A stretch of DNA of 64,000 bases from a virus: positions 12,045 through 76,044 of the IMG/VR virus record IMGVR_UViG_3300045125_000119; one strand, 5' to 3'. Numbering within the stretch: the stretch's first letter is position 1; the number at the start of each line of letters is the position of its first letter. Both the position numbers and the translations under genes were made by a program. This document shows positions 56,560 to 64,000 of this stretch, piece by piece. Under the pieces are notes generated by a model, which worked only from the letters and a program-made list of their open reading frames with translations, was not told the DNA's origin and searched no databases.

Positions 56560-57090
56560 TCAGTCGATCATCAGCCTTTTGAACCCACTTGCGCCCACAG
56601 CCGAAGTCATGTTTTTACGCTTCGGACCAAACGGCTTTGAATCGGCGTACTGAGTCCAGATGCCGGTCTTGTTTTCCGGGCTAAAACTCTTGGTGCTTCG
56701 GACGATTTTGGCGAGCCTGTTAGCTTCGTCCCAATCGTTGAATTTGTAAAAATGCAAATACACCTCATCGCCTTGGCGGGCAACGAGGTAATAGTGTTCG
56801 AGCCAAATGTAGCAGCCAGCCGATTCAGATCCAGCCGCCACGCAGGGCATCAGTTTGGAACAGTATCGGCCGTACTTCCCTTTGCTCCGTGGATCGTCAG
56901 GCCCGAACCATGTGTCGAGCGAGTTCGAGTTTTTCTTCCCCGAATGTCGAGAGTTCGTGAGCGCTTGAGGATGCCGCTTTTGTTCAGTGTGTCCAGCATC
57001 GTTTCGGCTTTTTGCTTGGTTGTAGCAATGCCGTATATCCATGAACGTGTCGTAGTCGCTATAAACGACAAGATATACTTTGTCATTCAT
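56560..57090 (-). CDS. hypothetical protein(s)
   Basis: 176-aa ORF, possibly chimeric through frameshifts. Confidence 0.4.
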   Translation of the reverse strand: MNDKVYLVVYSDYDTFMDIRHCYNQAKSRNDAGHTEQKRHPQALTNSRHSGKKNSNSLDTWFGPDDPRSKGKYGRYCSKLMPCVAAGSESAGCYIWLEHYYLVARQGDEVYLHFYKFNDWDEANRLAKIVRSTKSFSPENKTGIWTQYADSKPFGPKRKNMTSAVGASGFKRLMID

Positions 57091-57283
57091 ATTCTTTAAC
57101 CGGAGCAGGGGCTAACTTTTTGAGATAGAAAGTAGACGCCGTGTTATCTACCGCAAAAGGCTCCCACCACTTTTCATGAACCCTTCGACCACAGATTTCA
57201 ACGACTTCGTTCAGTACGATTTCCAAATTTGGATTATCGTCATTCCATTGTTCCACACTAACGAATCCAGAGGACCGTAGACC

Positions 57284-57520
57284 TTAATCATTTGCCACAC
57301 GACAAACCTCGATCCGTTGCACGTTGAACGCCTTCATCGAACACGTCGATGAGGCGATTGGTGCCAGAAGGTAGGCGGGACCATCATCGCCGTAGCGAGC
57401 GATGATGGTCGGTAATGCGCCCTGTTCGCAGTGATAAAGATCAAGCTGCATGGGGCCGCTGTTTGAATAGCACCCAAGAAAGGTGCATTTGACACAGTCG
57501 TGTTGGTAGCGAGGCGTCAT
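57284..57520 (-). CDS. small hypothetical phage protein
   Basis: PRYQHDCVKCTFLG..DLYHC...IIARYGDDGP.Y. Confidence 0.55.
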   Translation of the reverse strand: MTPRYQHDCVKCTFLGCYSNSGPMQLDLYHCEQGALPTIIARYGDDGPAYLLAPIASSTCSMKAFNVQRIEVCRVAND

Positions 57521-58719
57521 TCCAATTCTTTCAACTGCCGTTTGAAGTCGTCGTCAGCGGCCAGTTCTTTTTCGGACTTCTGACGCTTCGGGAACTTGTG
57601 GCTGGCGCAGACCATGCCACCCGGCCCTGCCGCAGTCGTAAGCGTCTTTCTTGCGGAACCTGCCGATCTGATCGTCGGCAGGCACTCGACAACGAGACGG
57701 GTCTCTTCGATCCGATCAAGTTGTAGTCTTTGTTTCTTTCGGTGTGAATACGACGGTGCTTACGCCACTCTCTGCGAGCGACGGCCTCGTCTCGTGCCAT
57801 CTCTACATCGAACCAACTCTCCGTAATGAGTAAGGGACAGGAGCCTCTTACTTTGGAGGTTGGTGACGGCGTTGTTCATGTTGCTCTCTAATCGCCCCGA
57901 AGGGCGGTGTCCAGTGAAGTCGAACCCACAAGACTTCCGTTTTAAGCGGAAGATGTTTACCAATTACAATCAACTGGACATATCTATCAACCAATCAGAG
58001 TAATCCACATATCTTCGCCGACTTCAGAGCGGTTCCAGTCCAAGTGACCAAGACGTTATTTTCTCCAACCGACTGAACATTGCAGACATAATTTGTAACC
58101 CCGTCTACATTTCGTGTCATGTAGACGAAATCAGTGAGTGCCTAGATCGTGCCGAGAAATCAAAAGACTTTCGGCTCCCGTCGCCCACCATTTTGCCAAC
58201 GAACTTTTTCATTTCAGTCTTCGCCGGAAATTGTAGCATGAAGTCGTGCGTCCCGCCACGCTTCTTCCTGCGTCTTACCGGACCCATAAACGAGTGACCC
58301 CAGAGCGTCAAAGACTGCCCAATCGTAAGTCACATCGTCGGCCTCGAACAGCTTGTCCATGACTGCGTTCGGGCGGTGGCACGAACCCAAGCTTCATCGT
58401 CATTCACGTCGGACTTATTCATCGTCTATACTCCGGTAACGTCTCTTGCTACCTTTCGAGACGGACGAATCCGGTTCTGGTGCAGCATCTTTGCACGTTG
58501 TTCTCGCAGCATTTTGCGGCTCTGGCAATATTCGCCGGATCGAGAGCCGCTTTCACCCTTGCGACAGAAGCGAAATGCCGGATCGCTGGTGATCTTTTCC
58601 ATGTTCTACAGTAACCACGACCGAAACGGGCGTTAGTTCCGTCCACGGGATCATATCCTCGCCGGGCGGAACGCCGCGTTTGCGACTTCCAGTTCTTCCC
58701 ATTCTTGGTCTGTCATAAG

Positions 58720-58806
58720 TTGCGGCAACAGGAGTCGAACCTGATGCTTCCATCGTATCGGAGGGATGGCTGGCTGCCGTTACCGGGCACAACCCCTCGC
58801 CCCGCA
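58720..58806 (-). ncRNA. tRNA-like element with non-canonical core
   Basis: TGCGG../..CCGCA-A acceptor and CAGG-TTCGACT-CCTG T-arm, but the interior does not fold as D and anticodon arms. Confidence 0.5.
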
Positions 58807-58860
58807 GAACTCGGATGGCCGGTGGCCTGCGTAAACGATTCGGTGATTTCACTACCGCAG

Positions 58861-58950
58861 TGACTCCGACTGGACTCGAACCAGCAGTATCCCCGTCTAG
58901 GGGAGACAACAGCTTCTCAAGCTGTCCGCTATCTCATTGTGCCGCGAGTC
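58861..58950 (-). tRNA. divergent tRNA with GAG (Leu) anticodon
   Basis: ACAGC-TTGAGAA-GCTGT, 23-nt variable arm, GCTGG-TTCGAGT-CCAGT, A73; bulged acceptor; D-loop lacks GG. Confidence 0.6.
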
Positions 58951-59804
58951 ATTCAATCTTAGTTCTCGACGCCCAATCGCCAATAACCACGACAATCACT
59001 TTCGTGTCTTCTTCTAGATATTGTATAACACCGGTTTCGTTGTGGATTATGTTGTAATATTTACCCGGCGTTCTCTGGCTCTGCACCGGCTCTTGTTTCA
59101 ACCAAACACTGTACTTACCTTCTGGATTGGGGAACCAGCCTTCGGGCGGCGAAGGCATAATGAAGGCTTCCCGACATTCAACTCTGATAGCGGTTTGGTA
59201 ATCATGGTTTCTCCGGGTCGGGCAGCACGGTCGCTTGCGTTTTCGCCGCCTTGAAGGATGTATCCGAGCATGTTCCCGACGGCCCGAAGCTAGCGTTGCG
59301 CTTCGTGTGTTGCCGCCCCGCTCGTAAATCGCACCCACCCGAACATGATCTTCGCACAACTGCGACAACTGGTTTCGCAGTGCGACGGTTTCTTCGTTCA
59401 AAACCCGCAAACTGGAATAAAGGTCAGACACCATCTTGAACAGCTCAGTGTTCCCGTTCGGTCATTTCATCGACACGACACGGAAGCTGCTGGTTCGCTT
59501 CGAGCGAATCTTTTGCACACTCAAGTGCCGCTTCTAGCTTGGTCACAGTTGACTTCGTAATGAGGATCGGGTTGATCGGCCGTAGTCGTCATTAAGACGT
59601 TTTTGGCTTCCTTTGCCACTTTGCTGTCGAGAAGGCACATCAAACCGTAACCGGCCACAAGCAAACGAATTTTCTCCCTGCGTTCTTCGGGCAAGGCGTA
59701 AATCCGCACGTTTTGATGATTTCGTCAATCTGTTTCTCAAGCATGGCAAACCCTTATGAAATCTCCGGCTGGCGAGATTCTACCCCGCCAGCCGGAGTTG
59801 TATA

Positions 59805-60988
<1,184 letters not shown>

Positions 60989-61102
60989 CTTACACTTCCT
61001 TATAGGCTTCAACGAGCCATAAGTGACAACCAACTCTTATCCCCACCTTGCGGTGTTTTTACTCACAACGAGTAAGAGCCAGGGCAATCGGAGTTGAATG
61101 AG

Positions 61103-61185
61103 TGCCGATAGCAGGACTTGAACCTGCACGCCCTTACGGGCACCGGCTTCTAAGACCGGCGTGTCTGCCATTCCACCATATCGGC
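61103..61185 (-). tRNA. tRNA-Leu(TAG)
   Basis: GCCGATA/TATCGGC, CCGGT-CTTAGAA-GCCGG, variable arm GCCC-GTAA-GGGC, GCAGG-TTCAAGT-CCTGC. Confidence 0.96.
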
Positions 61186-61802
61186 TTATTTGACACTTTC
61201 CACCATCTCTCTGGTGATTGTGAGTGTCGCTCCACAATCACAGATCAGATCAAAAGAAACGAACATGGCATCGAAGTATTTCCACTCCCCTTCGGTCATT
61301 TTGTGACCGACGTGTTCGGGGAAATACTTCACTCAATCCGTCGCTTTTGATCTTCCATCTTGTCGAGTCTTTCCATGACCCTTTTGGCAAAAGAACCGTC
61401 TTCGATAGCTTCTTCGCATAGCCCTTAGAATTTTTCTTTGCTGGAATCCATATCACTCCATCGGCTTGTAAGGTTCCACCCTGATACTCGTGCCACAGTT
61501 TCATGGCATCGTTCCAATCAGCGGCGAAGAAAACTTTTACCAACTTGTCGCAACCTTCGCCGACTCTCGGTTCGGTGCCAACCAAAGTGGTGTAACACGA
61601 TTCGTCTTCCGTGGCCCACACCGAATATTCTCGCCCATCACTTGAGCCTGCGATCTGCCAAGTCGATGCGATCTTGGCACCGATTGAAATCCGTTTCAGT
61701 TCCGCCGCTACTTCAAAGTTGTCTTCGCTCAGATTGATGTCGATGGCTTTTTCAAGGTTTTCGACACACTCGCTAAGGGTGCTACTGACCTTTTGTTCGT
61801 AT

Positions 61803-62249
61803 TCACGACTCATTGGTATCGAACCAGCGTTGTGGGTAAAGGTAATCCTCACCGGATTCGTCAACGACACGGAACCACCCGTCTCGTTCGGCCGTCGGGT
61901 CAGAGATTCTCTCGTAAACCTTACCAACTTGCAAGTCGATGTTAGTCGAATGCACGCATTTAATGAGTTTGTTCACTTTTACGTCGCTGCCAAAAGCAGC
62001 CCAGAGCCGAATGTAGTTGTCTACCGCTTTGGACTGAATGACGGCCCCTCGTTCCATTCGGTCCCAATACTGCGGGTTAATGCCAAATACCATTTCGACT
62101 TTTTCGAGGGTCAATTGGCCTTCGGGCCAGTTTCCCAACTCTCCACTTCCGCCGCAGTCGTCACACGTTCCTTCTTGTGCGTCGTACTTGCCGGTAGCAA
62201 CGTTGTACATACCGGCCTGTTGTTTTCCCATGCCACCACAGCGGCTCAC
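61803..62249 (-). CDS. hypothetical protein
   Basis: 148-aa ORF with CxxCGG and VVDESGEDYLYP. Confidence 0.5.
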   Translation of the reverse strand: MSRCGGMGKQQAGMYNVATGKYDAQEGTCDDCGGSGELGNWPEGQLTLEKVEMVFGINPQYWDRMERGAVIQSKAVDNYIRLWAAFGSDVKVNKLIKCVHSTNIDLQVGKVYERISDPTAERDGWFRVVDESGEDYLYPQRWFDTNES

Positions 62250-62762
62250 ACAGGCTCATCTTCGATCCAGCCCGTTTTGTAAAATTCCGTTTCTATGAAA
62301 CCGACGTACCCCAACCCCGTAAACTTCCAGTCGTCAATGTATTTCTGAGGAATTTCGACCTTTTGGCCGTTCTCCGTACAGTTCGACCTGATTAGGGTCG
62401 AGATTTTGAATCCGTCGCCACTCTTCGAGAACCTTCATTACGTCTTCGACGTTGATCTTCGTCATCTGTCACCAGTTGATGTATTCTTTGTCTGCGTCAC
62501 CGCCGGGTCGCCGCCGCCCACTCGTAGGACTGCGGAACCAGCCGCACGGTTCGCCCGTACCGTCCCAAGCCTCGAAAGCTGCGACCGCAGCTTCGTGACT
62601 GTCGTATCAGTACGCTTCCTGAATATCCACAGTAATCAAGTCCGACGAGAATCCTCGACTTTCCGAAAGTAAACGAGCCACTTACGGCGGCGTACCGACC
62701 GTCAGGAAGTTGCTTCCAGATGCCGTAGTCGTCCAGAACTCGTTGCAGTTGTGGGTCCATTG

Positions 62763-63092
62763 TCAAGCTGCTGGTTCGATTGCGGCACTCATGCTCCCCT
62801 TGCACCGTGCAATGAGAGGATCAGGCCCGAATGCGTGAATTTGTTCTTGTTTCAGTTCGGCGACTTCCATCGTGCCGGACCAGACGATACAGCGGCCCTC
62901 GAAGTGGACTTGCTCTGCGATTTTTAGTCCCTTTTCGACGGGGTGGCCGAACAACTTTTGACACATTGCCACGACGTACTCGACGGTATGATCGTCGTCG
63001 TTGAGCAATATGACGTTGTACGGCGGCTGCCGCTTCGTCTTGGTTTCTGTGTCTACTTGTTCTTCTACGTCAGGAAACGCTGTTGCGCTCAT
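62763..63092 (-). CDS. clpS: ATP-dependent Clp protease adaptor ClpS
   Basis: PPYNVILLNDDDHTVEYVV, A..VHFEGR.IV, planctomycete-like tail IHAFGPDPLI.RCKGSMSA.IEPA. Confidence 0.93.
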   Translation of the reverse strand: MSATAFPDVEEQVDTETKTKRQPPYNVILLNDDDHTVEYVVAMCQKLFGHPVEKGLKIAEQVHFEGRCIVWSGTMEVAELKQEQIHAFGPDPLIARCKGSMSAAIEPAA

Positions 63093-63295
63093 CTTTTTTC
63101 AATCCTTCTGGGAAACGGTTGCTCGGCCATCCTGTTGGCAAACCGTCGCCGACATTAAAATGCCATCCTGTTGCTGTTTCTGGATGGCCCTTATGTTGGA
63201 GAATTCCAACAAGTTGGCCGTGAAACTCGCAACCCGGAAGGTCTACGGTATTGTACTTAGACAAGACCGCTTGAATCGCAGAATTCAAATCGCCT

Positions 63296-63625
63296 TCAAT
63301 TTGTTTCAGGATTTCCATAATCTCCATCCTCGAAGCACATTCCGTCCATCCAAAAGTGCTTGTCGTTAGGAATTCGGTAATCGGTTCCTTCGAGGTGCGA
63401 GTCATCCCACTGGTGAATGTGGCACGAGCGGGCACCCGGTTGCTCCCAATCAAAACTTAAAGAGTCCAGCGGTTTCGCCTGCGGAATGATAAGTGTCACC
63501 GGTACGAGACAGTTCAGCCCCCGCATGGACTCCCAACGGTCGATCAGCAGATCATACTCGTCTTGCGTCAGTTCCGCAAGCCAGTACCGATAGCCGTACT
63601 CTTCGCTGATTACCAACTTAATCAT
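63296..63625 (-). CDS. hypothetical protein
   Basis: 109-aa ORF. Confidence 0.5.
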   Translation of the reverse strand: MIKLVISEEYGYRYWLAELTQDEYDLLIDRWESMRGLNCLVPVTLIIPQAKPLDSLSFDWEQPGARSCHIHQWDDSHLEGTDYRIPNDKHFWMDGMCFEDGDYGNPETN

Positions 63626-63693
63626 TCTTGTGCCAATCGCCGGTGATGAGGCCGTCGGCAGTGTACTCAGGCCACTCGTGGTAAATCATCAAG

Positions 63694-63951
63694 TTAGTGG
63701 GGCCGAGTGCTTGCAAAAGATTTCTTGATGGCTTTTTCAGATTGCTCGGCCGTCAAACCGTGTTTGTCGGTCAAGAAAGTCGTAACTTCGGTCCAGTATT
63801 CTTTGGCGTGCGGGTAATCTTCTCCGATGGTCTTCTTCAACTCACGTTCTTCTTCGGTCGCCCCGAAAGGGGCCGGAAATACGCCAGCTTCGATACAGCT
63901 TTCTGCGTATATCTTGTAGTTTTCCCACAGCCGTCGCAATTCATCTTTCAT
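63694..63951 (-). CDS. hypothetical protein
   Basis: MKDELRRLWENY..., RBS-like GGGGCGG. Confidence 0.5.
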   Translation of the reverse strand: MKDELRRLWENYKIYAESCIEAGVFPAPFGATEEERELKKTIGEDYPHAKEYWTEVTTFLTDKHGLTAEQSEKAIKKSFASTRPH

Positions 63952-64000
63952 AGTGCCGCCCCTGAGAATCGAACTCAAGACCTCTGGGATTTCAAGCCAG

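Noticed and set aside
58476-58492. Exact 17-mer TCTGGTGCAGCATCTTT shared with 51236-51252, each beside a hairpin (possible ncRNA family)
   Set aside because: One 17-mer match is expected about 0.1-0.5 times by chance in 64 kb, and this copy lies in a plausible coding frame (KMLHQNRIRPSRK).

Overview
This is a 64-kb segment of a large T4-like ('huge') dsDNA bacteriophage, very probably infecting Planctomycetota: EF-Tu, ClpS and a HEAT-like protein all carry planctomycete-type signatures. Most genes are on the minus strand. Single-base indels split nearly every long gene, including essential ones, which looks like unpolished long-read consensus, so many CDS below are stitched across frames and their boundaries are approximate. 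Content: (1) replication, recombination and nucleotide genes (Holliday-junction resolvase, CTP synthase, ribonucleotide reductase, gp46/gp47 SbcCD, UvsW, RecD/Dda helicase, PurN); (2) an ~18-kb late structural cassette with a ~3,100-aa pentapeptide-repeat fibre, a LamG protein, 3 glycosyltransferases, 2 methyltransferase genes and a Thr/Ala/Ser-repeat protein; (3) a translation set: a ~450-aa ValRS lacking the CP1 editing domain, a compact CysRS, an EF-Tu with a changed aminoacyl pocket, five conventional tRNAs (four Leu, one Ser) and two aberrant tRNA-like elements; (4) a DUF350-lipoprotein-glutathionylspermidine-synthase-like operon, spore photoproduct lyase and ClpS; (5) a T4-like late promoter TAAATA before late genes and before six scattered ORFs that start with a capsid-targeting-like M-x-F-x-E-[FWY] motif. 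The most striking items are the editing-less minimal ValRS, the altered EF-Tu, a stand-alone internally duplicated fragment of major capsid protein gp23, and the putative virion-glycosylation cassette.
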